Source: Dehalococcoidia bacterium (GTDB lineage Bacteria > Chloroflexota > Dehalococcoidia > Lucifugimonadales > Australimonadaceae). Taken from it: a DNA stretch of 64,000 bases. Under the pieces are notes generated by a model. It searched no databases and was not told the DNA's origin. It saw only the letters and a list, made by a program, of their open reading frames with translations. This document shows positions 9,367-18,909 of the stretch, piece after piece. The position numbers and the translations under genes were made by a program. Position 1 is the stretch's first letter. The number at the start of each line of letters is the position of its first letter. The DNA lies in contig DAOUJK010000054.1 in NCBI GenBank assembly GCA_034422795.1, positions 10,347 to 74,346 on the forward strand, written 5' to 3'.

Positions 9367-10194
9367 TCACTCCTCCATCCCGAACAGCCGGTCCCGGCGG
9401 AAGCCGAGGTAGTGCTCGGCGACGAAGTTCAGGGGCTTCTTCGCGTCGGCGATGTGCTCGCGGAGCGCGCGGTGGACCGCCGAGGCCTCGCCCGTGTCGT
9501 AGCGCGCCGCGTGGCCGTACATCTCCGCCGCGACCGTCTCGTACTCCTCGGTGCTCAACCTGCGTCGGTATGACGACTGTGCCCGCAGCGCGCCGGAGCC
9601 CGGATAGCGGTGCGCGGTCGCGGCGAAGTCCGGGAAGACGCCCAGGATGAGCAGGCAGAGGTCGCCTGTCCGCCGGTAGAGCGGGAAGCGCTCGTGCTCC
9701 TCGGTCTGCTGGATCAGACGCAGCATCGAGTGCACGTCCAGGTCGCTATAGCGCACCTTGCGCACGACGCCGCGCCGCACCCAGACGCGCTCCGTGTGAC
9801 TGTGCACCTTCGTGAACGACGCCAGCATCGTCGCGAGGTAGTGGAGGATGCGAGGCTGCGCCGCGAACGCCGCCACCTCCGCCGCGTCAAACACGGGCAC
9901 GCGCTCGCCGGAGACCGAGCCGGTGCGCTCGAACGTGTGCCGCGCGCCTTGCAGTTCGTCCACTGCGCGCCGCAGCAGCGCCTCGAAGAAGAGCCGCGGC
10001 GAGACCGGGGCCAGCGACCCGTCGTGCGGTAGCAGCGCCTCGAAGAGCCGTAGACTCCCGAGAACCTCTGCGCGGCGCTCCTCCTCCGCCAGCAGTTGCG
10101 GGAGCTCGTCTTCGCCGGGCGCGTCCGCCCCGAGCGCCTCGCGGATGAAGGCGAGGTCGGAGAAGGTCAGGCCACCGCGCGCGAGGCGAGCCAT
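9367..10194 (-). CDS. Conserved-looking hypothetical protein
   Basis: Coding-like codon use, mostly helical; no recognisable catalytic motif; start uncertain (overlaps the DUF2442 gene end). Confidence 0.65.
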   Translation of the reverse strand: MARLARGGLTFSDLAFIREALGADAPGEDELPQLLAEEERRAEVLGSLRLFEALLPHDGSLAPVSPRLFFEALLRRAVDELQGARHTFERTGSVSGERVPVFDAAEVAAFAAQPRILHYLATMLASFTKVHSHTERVWVRRGVVRKVRYSDLDVHSMLRLIQQTEEHERFPLYRRTGDLCLLILGVFPDFAATAHRYPGSGALRAQSSYRRRLSTEEYETVAAEMYGHAARYDTGEASAVHRALREHIADAKKPLNFVAEHYLGFRRDRLFGMEE

Positions 10195-10469
10195 CGCTTG
10201 AGCGATGCCTGGCTCTCGCCCGACGGCTTGCCCGCCAGCAGGCTCTCGACGCTTATGTCCTCGTCCAGGTCCGGCCAATGGATGCCCTCGCCTCTGCCGA
10301 TGAAACGCCAGTTCCCGCGCTCGCTGCTCGTGGCGTGTATGAGCCGGGGGTACCAGCCGAGTGGCACGGAGATCGTACGGCCATCAGAGAGGTCAACGGT
10401 GAGCGTGTCGTCGGCAACGGCGATGCTCATGGCCTGCGGAGCTCCTGCTTCAACCGGCGAAGTAGTCAT
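10167..10469 (-). CDS. DUF2442 domain protein (putative antitoxin)
   Basis: LSDGRTISVPLGWYPRL..AT..ER.NW..IG.GEGIHWPDLDEDISVE. Confidence 0.9.
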   Translation of the reverse strand: MTTSPVEAGAPQAMSIAVADDTLTVDLSDGRTISVPLGWYPRLIHATSSERGNWRFIGRGEGIHWPDLDEDISVESLLAGKPSGESQASLKRWLASRAVA

Positions 10470-10686
10470 GCCATGCCTCCAGCAGCGCTGCCTCGTTCTC
10501 CTCTACCATGCTATGGACGATACGCACTTCTGCCCTGTTGAATCCACCGTTCCTCTGCAATCGAACGGGCGCTAACCAGAACTTGGCGACCTTGTCGTCG
10601 CGCTCAACGTGCACGTGCTCAGGCTCATCACGGTCGCCCGCGTAGAAGAAGAGGCGGTATGGCCCGCTTCTGAGTACGGTCGGCAT
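10450..10686 (-). CDS. DUF4160 domain protein (putative toxin partner of DUF2442)
   Basis: MPTVLRSGPYRLFFYAGDRDEPEHVHVE..DKVAKFWL. Confidence 0.9.
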   Translation of the reverse strand: MPTVLRSGPYRLFFYAGDRDEPEHVHVERDDKVAKFWLAPVRLQRNGGFNRAEVRIVHSMVEENEAALLEAWHDYFAG

Positions 10687-10881
10687 CGTCAGCTACATGC
10701 TAGCACAGCGGTTCCCTGCCATCCGCCCCTTGCCCGGTTGCGCTCGCCGCGCCTACCATGCGCCCTGTCTCAATACCGGAGACTCAGGGCTCTGGTCATT
10801 CGGCAACGAGTGAGATGTTGCCCGGATGTTGCTGAATGTTGCACCTGCGCGGGGAACATCCTGCGCACAGAAGGAGACACC

Positions 10882-11667
10882 ATGCCCACGGTTGAGGTCC
10901 TGCTGCACGGAGAGTCCATCGCCACCAACTATGGCTCCATCGGCTACTGCAGCACGCTGCTTGTGCGCGGCGACCGCAACATCGTTGTGGATACGGGGCA
11001 CGTGGGCAGGCGGCGCGCGCTGCTCGAGGCGCTCGCCGAGCGCAACCTGGGGCCGTCCGACATCGACGTCGCGGTGATGACGCACTCCCACTGGGACCAC
11101 GCGCAGAACTACGACGTGCTCGACTCCGCCGAGGTGCTGATTCACGAGTGGGAGCGCCGGTACGCGCGCAACCCCCACCCCAACGACTGGGCTACGCCTC
11201 TCTGGACGAGCGCGATGCTGGACACCATCCCTAACCTCAGGGAGGTTGAGGACGGCTACGAGATCGAGCCGGGGGTCCGCATCCTGCACACTCCCGGACA
11301 CTCCGCCGGCACGATGGCCCTCATCGTCGACACCTCCGAAGGGCCGGTCGCGATAACGGGCGACGGCGTGGCGAACGCCCAGGTTGCGGTGACCAGGGTG
11401 AACGCCAACGTCTTCTGGAGCGAGGAGGCCTCGCGCCGGAGCATCGAGCGCGTGCTGGAGGAGGCGGAGGTCATCTACCCGGGTCACGATCGCCCGTTCC
11501 GCGTCCTCGGCAGCGGGGGCGTCGAGCACATCGCGACCCGGCAACTGGTGTTCACGGGCGTCGACCTCGAGGATCCGAACGTCTCCGTCACCGCCGAACG
11601 CCGGCCGCCCTACGTTATGCCCGGTCTGGACGGCCAGACCCTGGAGCGCCTGGGCCTCACCGAGTAG
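10882..11667 (+). CDS. MBL-fold metallohydrolase
   Basis: VVDTG, THSHWDH, TPGHSAG, ITGD, YPGHD; RBS AAGGAG. Confidence 0.9.
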   Translation: MPTVEVLLHGESIATNYGSIGYCSTLLVRGDRNIVVDTGHVGRRRALLEALAERNLGPSDIDVAVMTHSHWDHAQNYDVLDSAEVLIHEWERRYARNPHPNDWATPLWTSAMLDTIPNLREVEDGYEIEPGVRILHTPGHSAGTMALIVDTSEGPVAITGDGVANAQVAVTRVNANVFWSEEASRRSIERVLEEAEVIYPGHDRPFRVLGSGGVEHIATRQLVFTGVDLEDPNVSVTAERRPPYVMPGLDGQTLERLGLTE

Positions 11668-12008
11668 GGCAGGGCACGTCGTCCTGCATAGCCTGGAACC
11701 TCGCAGCCCTGTAGCCTCCCGCGCTTGATGCGCGAGCGAGGGCGCTATGGCGAGTGGAGTGGAGTTGTCATGCTGATCTCAGCCGGCAATCACGTCCAGC
11801 CGGGCTGGGGGGCGTGAAGGGCATACGATGAACTGCGGTGAGGGCCCTGCTGGTGTGACGTGGAATGAGAGGATTGCCCGGCTGGGCAAGCGGGTTGGTG
11901 CGCAGATGGACAGCGAGGCTGCTATTGATACTATCGCTCGTAGATATGCTGGTGAAGTATCAGTATGAGAGTGGGGGCAAAACTGCGCTTAAATCGGCTT
12001 GAAACCGC

Positions 12009-12038
12009 TTGACAGTGCTTTCCCCCGCTGATTAGGAT
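12009..12038 (+). promoter_or_regulatory. Sigma70-type promoter
   Basis: TTGACA (12009-12014), 18-nt spacer, TAGGAT (12033-12038); predicted +1 at about 12045. Confidence 0.65.
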
Positions 12039-12044
12039 TGCCCC

Positions 12045-12148
12045 GTCCTGAGTGACTGTGGTTTGAGTGAGCCGCAGGATGAGGTGGTCCCGGGGGACTG
12101 GGGGGCCGACTCCGAACGGCGATCTCGGGCGCCCCAGTTGCTCAGGAC
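12045..12148 (+). ncRNA. Candidate structured small RNA (unassigned family)
   Basis: 5' GTCCTGAGTGACTG pairs with 3' CAGTTGCTCAGGAC; the interior folds as an irregular rod; begins at the predicted +1 and is followed by ACCTCTTTT. Confidence 0.5.
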
Positions 12149-12302
12149 ACCTCTTTTAACGCGGGCTGGGGGGTGTTATACACGAACCCCTGGGGTCTGC
12201 GCCAGCCCATCTCCGCCTATCGCCCCTCCATCGTCCCTGTGTCCTGCCGTCCGTCGGCGTTATGCGCTATCCTCGCCCGCACACTGGACCGAGGGGTGCC
12301 CT

Positions 12303-12716
12303 ATGGAACCGTTGCGACTTGACGAGGCGGTACGGATGATCCAGGCGGGGCTTTCGAAGGCCCAGGAACTCGGCATCCGCGTCACCATCGCCGTGCTCGA
12401 CCCGCGCGGCGACCTCGTCGCGCTCAACCGCATGGACGGCGCGCTCTGGCGTAGCGTCCCCATCTCGCAGGGCAAGGCTGCGGCGTCGGCTGCGTGGGAC
12501 ATGCCGAGCGGTGATCTGGCCGACCGTTGGGACCAGCCCGTCGTCCGTGCGCTCTCCATGATGGAGAACGGACGCCTCATCCCGTGGCAGGGAGCGCTGC
12601 CCGTCCGCAGGCCGGACGGCACGATGATCGGCGCGATAGGCGTCAGCGGCGCGCGTCCGGCAGAGGACGAGGCGGTTGCCGCTGCCGGTCTCGCCGCGAT
12701 GGAGGCGGGGGAGTGA
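12303..12716 (+). CDS. GlcG/HbpS-family heme-binding protein
   Basis: VTIAVLD..GDLVA..RMDGA, KA..AA, QGALPV, IGAIGVSG. Confidence 0.88.
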   Translation: MEPLRLDEAVRMIQAGLSKAQELGIRVTIAVLDPRGDLVALNRMDGALWRSVPISQGKAAASAAWDMPSGDLADRWDQPVVRALSMMENGRLIPWQGALPVRRPDGTMIGAIGVSGARPAEDEAVAAAGLAAMEAGE

Positions 12717-13789
12717 CGCAGAGCTTCCACATTCGCGAGGAGGACGCCGTTCGTATCGACGCTGCACCGCTGCGCGAGGCAACCGAGGCCCTGTTCCGGA
12801 AGGTAGGCCTCGATGAGACCGACGCTGCGCTCGCGGCGGACGTGCTCGTCACCGCTGACCTCCGGGGCGTGGACAGCCACGGTGTCTCCAACATGCTGAA
12901 GGTCTACTTGGAGCGTTACCAGAACGGCGTGCAGAAGGTTCACCCGCAGTGGCGCGTCGTGCGGGAGCGCGCAGCTTCCGCGAACATCGACTGTGACCGG
13001 GGTCTCGGCGTCGTCATCGCGCCGAAGGCGATGGAGATCGCCATCGAGAAGGCGCGGAGCTCCGGCATCGGCGTCGTCACGATGTTCAACGGCGGACACG
13101 TCGGCATGGCCGCTTACCACGCGATGCTGGCGCTGCCCCACGACATGATCGGCGTCTGCATGACGGCGACCGGCCCGGACGTCGCCCCCACGTTCGGACG
13201 CGCCCCGCGCCTCGGAACGAACCCCATCGCCATCGCGGCCCCCACGCGGGAGGAACGCCCGTGGGTATTCGACATGGCGACCAGCGTCGTGCCGGTCAAC
13301 AAGGTACGGAACGCCCGTCGCATGGGGACGCTGCTGCCGCCGGGGACCATCGCTTCGGAGGACGGTACGCCGGTGATGGAGCCCGCGCCCGTGCCGGACG
13401 ACTACATCCTCCTCCCGCTCGGCACCAACCGCGACGCCGGTTCCCACAAGGGCTATGGGCTCGCGGTGGCGGTCGACATCCTCTGCTCGCTCCTTGCAGG
13501 CTCGGACTACGGCATGCGGATCGGGAGGCAGAACTACCGCCACTACGTCGCCGCCTACAACATCGACGCCTTCAGCGACGTCGGGGAGTTCAAGGCCCGC
13601 ATGGACGATTTCATCCGCGAGTTGAAGGCCACGCCCCCTGCGGCGGGCCACGACCGCGTGATGGTGGCGGGCGATCCGGAGTGGGACGCACTGGAGGAGC
13701 GCTCGGTGCGTGGCATCCCGCTCCACCGGGAGGTGGTCGACTGGTTCCGGGGCGTCTGCGCCGAGTTCGACGTCGAGTGCAGCATCTAG
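12713..13789 (+). CDS. Ldh_2-family (malate/L-lactate/ureidoglycolate-type) oxidoreductase
   Basis: ADLRGVDSHG, GGHVGMAAY, LGTNPIA, FDMATS, SHKGYGL; GTG start overlaps the upstream stop. Confidence 0.9.
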   Translation: MTQSFHIREEDAVRIDAAPLREATEALFRKVGLDETDAALAADVLVTADLRGVDSHGVSNMLKVYLERYQNGVQKVHPQWRVVRERAASANIDCDRGLGVVIAPKAMEIAIEKARSSGIGVVTMFNGGHVGMAAYHAMLALPHDMIGVCMTATGPDVAPTFGRAPRLGTNPIAIAAPTREERPWVFDMATSVVPVNKVRNARRMGTLLPPGTIASEDGTPVMEPAPVPDDYILLPLGTNRDAGSHKGYGLAVAVDILCSLLAGSDYGMRIGRQNYRHYVAAYNIDAFSDVGEFKARMDDFIRELKATPPAAGHDRVMVAGDPEWDALEERSVRGIPLHREVVDWFRGVCAEFDVECSI

Positions 13790-13804
13790 GAGGCGGACGG
13801 CAGC

Positions 13805-14794
13805 ATGAAGGCGGCATGGTACGAGCGGTACGGTCCGGCGCGTGATGTGTTCCACGTCGGCGACATGCCGGATCCGGAGCCTGGGCCCGGCGATGTGCTG
13901 GTGCGCGTCCACGCCTCGGGCGTGAACCCGTCCGACTGGAAGTCCCGCACCGGCTCGCGTGGGCCGCGGATGCCGTTTCGCCGCATCATCCCGCACAGCG
14001 ACGGCGCGGGCGTCGTCGAGGCGGTCGGCGCCGGCGTGGACGCGTCCAGGGTCGGCGAACGAGTCTGGCTGTTCGAGGGGCAGTGGCAGCGTCCGTTCGG
14101 GACCGCCGCGGAGTACATCGCGCTTCCGTCCGGCCATGCTCCAAGCCTTCCGGAGGGTGTGACCTTCCAGGAGGGAGCCTGCATCGGCATACCTGCGATG
14201 ACGGCGCATCGCTGCCTCTTCGCGAGTGGCCCGGTGGACGGCATGACCGTCCTCGTGACTGGTGGCGCTGGAGCGGTCGGGCACTGCGCCATCCAGCTTG
14301 CGAAGTGGGGCGGCGCCACGGTCATCGCCACGGTGAGTTCGGATGAGAAGGCTGGCCATGCGCTACGCGCGGGCGCGGACTATACGGTCAACTACCGCAC
14401 GGAGGACGTCGGCGAGCGCGTGCTGGAGCTCACTGGCGGCGAGGGCGTTGAGCGCATCGTCGAAGTCGACTTCGGCGGGAACCTCGCCGCCAACAAGCGC
14501 GCGCTGCGACTGAACGGCGCCATCGGCTGCTACGCCTCCACCGGCGACCGCGAGCCCGCCGTGGAGTACCAGGCGCTCTCGCGGAAGAACGCGACGGTGC
14601 ACTTCGTGCTCGTCTACTCGGAACCGGAGACCGCCAAGCGGCAGGCGGTGAGAGACATTGCGAAAGCCATTGCCGACAGGGCGCTCACACACCCCATTGC
14701 GGCAACCATGCCGCTGGAGGACATCGCCGCCGCGCACGAACTGCAGGAAAGCAATACGGCCATCGGAAATATCGTCCTGGACCTCACCCGGTGA
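13805..14794 (+). CDS. NADPH:quinone reductase-like MDR enzyme
   Basis: VNPSDWK, PHSDGAGVVEAVG, TGGAGAVG; no Zn-ADH ligands. Confidence 0.9.
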   Translation: MKAAWYERYGPARDVFHVGDMPDPEPGPGDVLVRVHASGVNPSDWKSRTGSRGPRMPFRRIIPHSDGAGVVEAVGAGVDASRVGERVWLFEGQWQRPFGTAAEYIALPSGHAPSLPEGVTFQEGACIGIPAMTAHRCLFASGPVDGMTVLVTGGAGAVGHCAIQLAKWGGATVIATVSSDEKAGHALRAGADYTVNYRTEDVGERVLELTGGEGVERIVEVDFGGNLAANKRALRLNGAIGCYASTGDREPAVEYQALSRKNATVHFVLVYSEPETAKRQAVRDIAKAIADRALTHPIAATMPLEDIAAAHELQESNTAIGNIVLDLTR

Positions 14795-14886
14795 GCCTCT
14801 ATTCGTCGACACGTTATCTGCTACGCTAATGGCGTCGCGGTGGACTGCAACTGCCGCAAACACGTTCGGTACATGGGAGGGCCGAG

Positions 14887-15387
14887 TTGGAGAGTGCGCT
14901 AGCCCACAGTGAGTTGCTCCGGGGCTTTGGCCCCATCCAGATCGAGCGTTTCGAGGACCTGGCTACCATCGTTACCGTGGAAGCGGGGATCGAACTCTTC
15001 AAGAGCGGCGACTATGCACAGCACCTCTACGTCACACTCGATGGCGAGGTCGAATTGAGCATGGACGTCCCCGAGTGGTGGGGCATAGATACCCCGCACC
15101 GCAAGGTCTCCACTGCCAAGGCTGGACAGATATTCGGCTGGTCCGCCTTGGTGGAGCCCTTCGTCTACTCCCTCACCGCGGTCTGCGTTACGGACGCAAC
15201 CCTTGCGCGGTTCGAGGGCTCGCAACTCGCAGACCTGTCGGTCCGCGACCCGCACATCGGCTACCGGCTGCTCAGCCAGGTGCTCAGGGTGGTGTCAGGC
15301 AGGTTCCACACACTTGCCGAAGCCGTGATGGCGCAGCGCGCGGTGCAGGTGTCACAGGCTGCCAGCCGGGCCCACCCCGCGGACTAG
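14887..15387 (+). CDS. Stand-alone cyclic nucleotide-binding domain protein
   Basis: LFKSGD.A..LYV.LDGEVEL, GQIFGWSALV.P..Y..TA; no C-terminal HTH. Confidence 0.8.
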   Translation: MESALAHSELLRGFGPIQIERFEDLATIVTVEAGIELFKSGDYAQHLYVTLDGEVELSMDVPEWWGIDTPHRKVSTAKAGQIFGWSALVEPFVYSLTAVCVTDATLARFEGSQLADLSVRDPHIGYRLLSQVLRVVSGRFHTLAEAVMAQRAVQVSQAASRAHPAD

Positions 15388-15402
15388 GGTTGACCGGGGA
15401 GC

Positions 15403-16959
15403 ATGTTCGACACCCTCATCGTCAACGGGAAGGTGATAGACGGCGCGGGGCGGGCGTGGTTCCGCGCCGCCGTCGGTATCGAGGGCGACACCGTCACGAT
15501 GCTGGAAGGCGACGTGTCGAACGTGGAGGCGGGGCGCACGATAGACGCCTCTGGCATGGCGGTCTGCCCCGGCTTCATCGACATGCACTCCCACTCGGAC
15601 TTCGCACTGCTCACGGCGCCGCGCCATGAGCCGAAAGTGAGCCAGGGAGTGACGACGGAGGCGCTGGGGCAGGATGGTCTCTCCTATGCGCCTATCTCCT
15701 CCGTCAACCGGCAGCACCTCGTGGACTACCTCGCCGCCGTCAACGGACGACCGCCCGAGGGGACCGAGTGGACGTCGGTCGCGTCGTTCCTCGACCTGTT
15801 CGAGGGGACGTCGTCGTGCAACGTCGTCTACTTCGTGCCGCACGCGGCGCTGCGTATCGAGGCGATGGGGTGGGCGGACCGCCTGCCTACGGACGCTGAG
15901 CTGGCGCGGATGCGGGAGCTGGCCGTACAGGGGATGCGTGACGGCGCCTTCGGCTTCTCCACTGGTCTCACCTACGTGCCGAACATCTACAGCGACACCC
16001 ACGAACTGACCTCGATCGTGAGCGCCGTCGCGCCGTACGGCGGGATCTACGTGACGCACAGCCGCTACGCGCTCGGCGACGGTCTGCTCGACCCGTTTCG
16101 CGAGGCGGTCGAGGTCGGCAGGGGAGCGGGCGCGCCGGTGCAGATATCGCACTATCACAACCCCGTTCCTGGCATGGGCGAACGGATGGTGGCGCTGGTG
16201 GACGAGTCGCGTGCGTCGGGCCTCGACGTGACGTTCGACCAGTATCCCTACCCGGCGGCGAGCACGATCCTGCTCTCGCTGATCCCTCCGTGGGTACACG
16301 AGGGCGGCCCCGAGATGCTGCTGAGGCGCATCGCGGACAAGGACGTGCGGGACCGGATAGCGGACGGCGTCTACCCGCAGTGGGGCGGCTCGCTGGCGGA
16401 CTACATGTTCGCGCACGTCGGCTCGGACAAGAACAAGGAGTGGGAGGGCCGCTCGCTGCAGGACATGGCGGACGCGCAGGGGAAGCGGATGGTGGACACG
16501 ATCTGCGACCTGCTGATCGAGGAGCGGCTGGAAGTGGCCTTCGTCGCCCGCACCGGCAACCCGGACAACGTCCGCACCATCATGGCGCACCCGGCCCAGA
16601 TGGTGGGCAGCGATGGACTGATGACCGGCGAGATGCCGAACCCGCGCACCTACGGCACGTTTCCGTACCTGCTGGGGCAGGCGGTCGAGGAGGGGACGCT
16701 CCGCCTGGAGGAGGCGGTGCACAAGATGACGGGTGCTCCGGCGCGGCGGCTTGGGCTCCGCGACCGCGGCATCCTGCGCGACGGCGCGAAGGCGGACATC
16801 GTGGTGTTTGACCCGGAGCGTGTTCGTGCGCGGGCCACGTTCGAGGACCCGAAGCAGATGGCGACGGGCATCGAATACGTGTTCGTCAACGGCACGCCCG
16901 TCTGGGAGCAGGGCCGGCACACCGGCGCGTTCCCGGGCCGTCCGCTCAGGAAATCTTAG
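15403..16959 (+). CDS. N-acyl-D-amino-acid deacylase (D-aminoacylase) family
   Basis: CPGFIDMHSHSD, GVTTE..GQDG, FSTGL.Y.P, MVGSDG, PR.YGTFP, ADIVVFDP. Confidence 0.9.
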   Translation: MFDTLIVNGKVIDGAGRAWFRAAVGIEGDTVTMLEGDVSNVEAGRTIDASGMAVCPGFIDMHSHSDFALLTAPRHEPKVSQGVTTEALGQDGLSYAPISSVNRQHLVDYLAAVNGRPPEGTEWTSVASFLDLFEGTSSCNVVYFVPHAALRIEAMGWADRLPTDAELARMRELAVQGMRDGAFGFSTGLTYVPNIYSDTHELTSIVSAVAPYGGIYVTHSRYALGDGLLDPFREAVEVGRGAGAPVQISHYHNPVPGMGERMVALVDESRASGLDVTFDQYPYPAASTILLSLIPPWVHEGGPEMLLRRIADKDVRDRIADGVYPQWGGSLADYMFAHVGSDKNKEWEGRSLQDMADAQGKRMVDTICDLLIEERLEVAFVARTGNPDNVRTIMAHPAQMVGSDGLMTGEMPNPRTYGTFPYLLGQAVEEGTLRLEEAVHKMTGAPARRLGLRDRGILRDGAKADIVVFDPERVRARATFEDPKQMATGIEYVFVNGTPVWEQGRHTGAFPGRPLRKS

Positions 16960-16982
16960 AGGCAAGGGGAATAGTAGGCTTG

Positions 16983-16991
16983 TGCTATACT
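16983..16991 (+). promoter_or_regulatory. Extended -10 promoter element
   Basis: TGcTATACT upstream of AGGAG and the 17014 ATG. Confidence 0.45.
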
Positions 16992-17013
16992 CTCCTGTCA
17001 GGAGAGCATTGCG

Positions 17014-17448
17014 ATGACAATGGAAGTACCGCCTATTGAGGCGCATGCCGTCCACAGGGATCGGTTGCTCAGTCACGCACGCCGGATGATTGAGCAGGGG
17101 GACCGCTTACAGGCCTCTGAGAAGATATGGGGCGCCGTTACGTATGCCTTGAAAGTGGTGGCGGAGGAGCGGGGTTGGCCGTACGCCTCTCATCAGGATG
17201 GCTACGTTCTGGCACGGCACATATCGCTTCAGACAGGGAATCCGGCGGTTTTCTCCAAGTTTCGTGCAGCCAGCGACACGCACCAGAACTTCTATGAGGA
17301 CAGGTACGGCCTGGAAGACTTGGCGATGAGCCTCGCCGATGCGGAGCAATTGCTGCAGATGTTGCGTGAAGCACATGAGGCGATGCCGCCGGAAACCCCG
17401 CTGCCCGATGACGCTCGCTACCTTGCTCGTCATGGCAGGCGAGGTTAG
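17014..17448 (+). CDS. PaREP1-family (HEPN-like) protein
   Basis: GD..QASEK.WGA, SH, H.NFYED pattern. Confidence 0.7.
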   Translation: MTMEVPPIEAHAVHRDRLLSHARRMIEQGDRLQASEKIWGAVTYALKVVAEERGWPYASHQDGYVLARHISLQTGNPAVFSKFRAASDTHQNFYEDRYGLEDLAMSLADAEQLLQMLREAHEAMPPETPLPDDARYLARHGRRG

Positions 17449-17486
17449 TACCTTCATCGATACGCGTATGGGGCTTAGGTCGAGAG

Positions 17487-18383
17487 CTACTTCGCCTTGG
17501 AGATGACCAGCTCTCCAAACGCGGGGATCTGCTCGTCGATGATGTCGTTCTGGAACTGGACGTGGAACGTGTCGATGCCCGCCTCGCGGTACTGCTCCAC
17601 GGTCTCCAGCACCTGCTCCGCCGTTCCCATCAGCCCGCCTGGATTACCGAACACCGACGCGAGTTTCGTGGACGGGTCCTCGTCGCCGACGTAGGCGTTG
17701 CAGTTCACCACGCGGCGCAACGAGCCGGGGTCGCGTCCTGCGGCGCTCGCGGCCTCCTCGACCGCGGCGAGCTGCCCGCGATAGGCGTCGAGGTCGGACG
17801 GCCACCCGCCGTTGCGTATCCAGCCGTCGGCGACGCGCCCGGTGAGACGGAGCATGCGCGGCAGGGCGGCCCCAAGGAAGATCGGGATCGTGCCGTTCAC
17901 GGGCGTCGGCGTGACGGTTGCCCCCTCGACGCTGTAGCGCTTGCCGGCGTAGGTGAACTGCTCGTTCGCCCACGTGCCCCGCAGAATCTCGATGGCGTCG
18001 ATCAGGCCGTCGACGCGCTCGCCGGGGGTGCCGAACTCGATGCCATAGGTGGTGAAGTGGTTCTCCTGGATGCCCGTGCCGAGCGTCAGGATGAGCCGGT
18101 CGCCGCCGGTGATGTGGTCGAGCGCGGTGGCCATCTTGGAGAGCAACGCCGGGTTGCGGAACGGGACGTTGAGCGTGGAGTGCGTCACGCGAAGCCGGTT
18201 CGTCTGCAGCGCCACCGCAGTCGCGAGCGTCCAACCTTCCAGGTTGTTCTCGGGGGGCCTGTCGCTGAACGAGATGTTCTGGAAACCCGCAGCCTCGGCG
18301 GCCTGCGCTACCGCCACGACGCGGTCGTAAGGGAGTCCCCGCGGGTTGAGTCCGAACCGGATGCTGTTGCTGCTGCGCGCCAT
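17487..18383 (-). CDS. LLM-class flavin-dependent oxidoreductase
   Basis: LEGWTLATAVA, FRNPALLSKMATALDHI.GG.RL.L.LG.G, GRVADGW. Confidence 0.9.
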   Translation of the reverse strand: MARSSNSIRFGLNPRGLPYDRVVAVAQAAEAAGFQNISFSDRPPENNLEGWTLATAVALQTNRLRVTHSTLNVPFRNPALLSKMATALDHITGGDRLILTLGTGIQENHFTTYGIEFGTPGERVDGLIDAIEILRGTWANEQFTYAGKRYSVEGATVTPTPVNGTIPIFLGAALPRMLRLTGRVADGWIRNGGWPSDLDAYRGQLAAVEEAASAAGRDPGSLRRVVNCNAYVGDEDPSTKLASVFGNPGGLMGTAEQVLETVEQYREAGIDTFHVQFQNDIIDEQIPAFGELVISKAK

Positions 18384-18474
18384 GCTCGCTCCTCGGAAGG
18401 TGGTGGGTGTGCCGCGAGCATATCAGCGGGCGGGGGTCTGTCAACGCGGCGGCCGCAGGCGTTACCATGAAGAC

Positions 18475-18906
18475 ATGATCCCCATAACCGACGACATCAG
18501 CCTGGCCGAACATGAACTGGAGTTCCACTACGTCACTGCCGCCGGACCGGGCGGACAGAACGTGAACAAAGTCGCGACCGCCGCGCACCTGCACTTCGAC
18601 GCCGCATCCTCTCCGTCGCTGCCGGACGAGGTGAAGCGACGCCTGCGGAGTGCCGCCGGACGCAGGCTCAGCGCCAACGGCGTGCTCGTCATCAAGGCGC
18701 AGCGCTACCGCAGCCAGGAGCGCAACCGGGACGACGCCGTCGAGCGGCTCGTGAGCATCCTGCGCAATGCTGCCGTGCCTCCGCGCGCACGCCGCGCCAC
18801 GCGCCCGTCGCAGGCGTCGGTGGCGCAGCGACTGGCGGAGAAGCGGCGGCGCGGCAGCCGGAAGCAGTCGCGCTCGTCCCAGGACGGCATCGACGAGGAG
18901 GAGTAG
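18475..18906 (+). CDS. arfB: Alternative ribosome rescue factor ArfB (YaeJ)
   Basis: AAGPGGQNVNKVAT (GGQ motif), YRSQERNR, basic C-tail; TACCAT 7 nt before the ATG suggests a leaderless mRNA. Confidence 0.92.
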   Translation: MIPITDDISLAEHELEFHYVTAAGPGGQNVNKVATAAHLHFDAASSPSLPDEVKRRLRSAAGRRLSANGVLVIKAQRYRSQERNRDDAVERLVSILRNAAVPPRARRATRPSQASVAQRLAEKRRRGSRKQSRSSQDGIDEEE

Positions 18907-18909
18907 CCC

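Noticed and set aside
11828-11968. 46-aa ORF MNCGEGPAGVTWNERIARLGKR... in a lower-GC intergenic stretch
   Set aside because: Weak RBS, no motif, and short enough to arise by chance.
12045-12148. Assignment as SRP RNA, 5S rRNA, tmRNA, tRNA-Sec or a known riboswitch
   Set aside because: Lacks the SRP helix-8 GNRA/AGCAG motif, the T-loop/CCA and the riboswitch consensus motifs I can recall; left unassigned.
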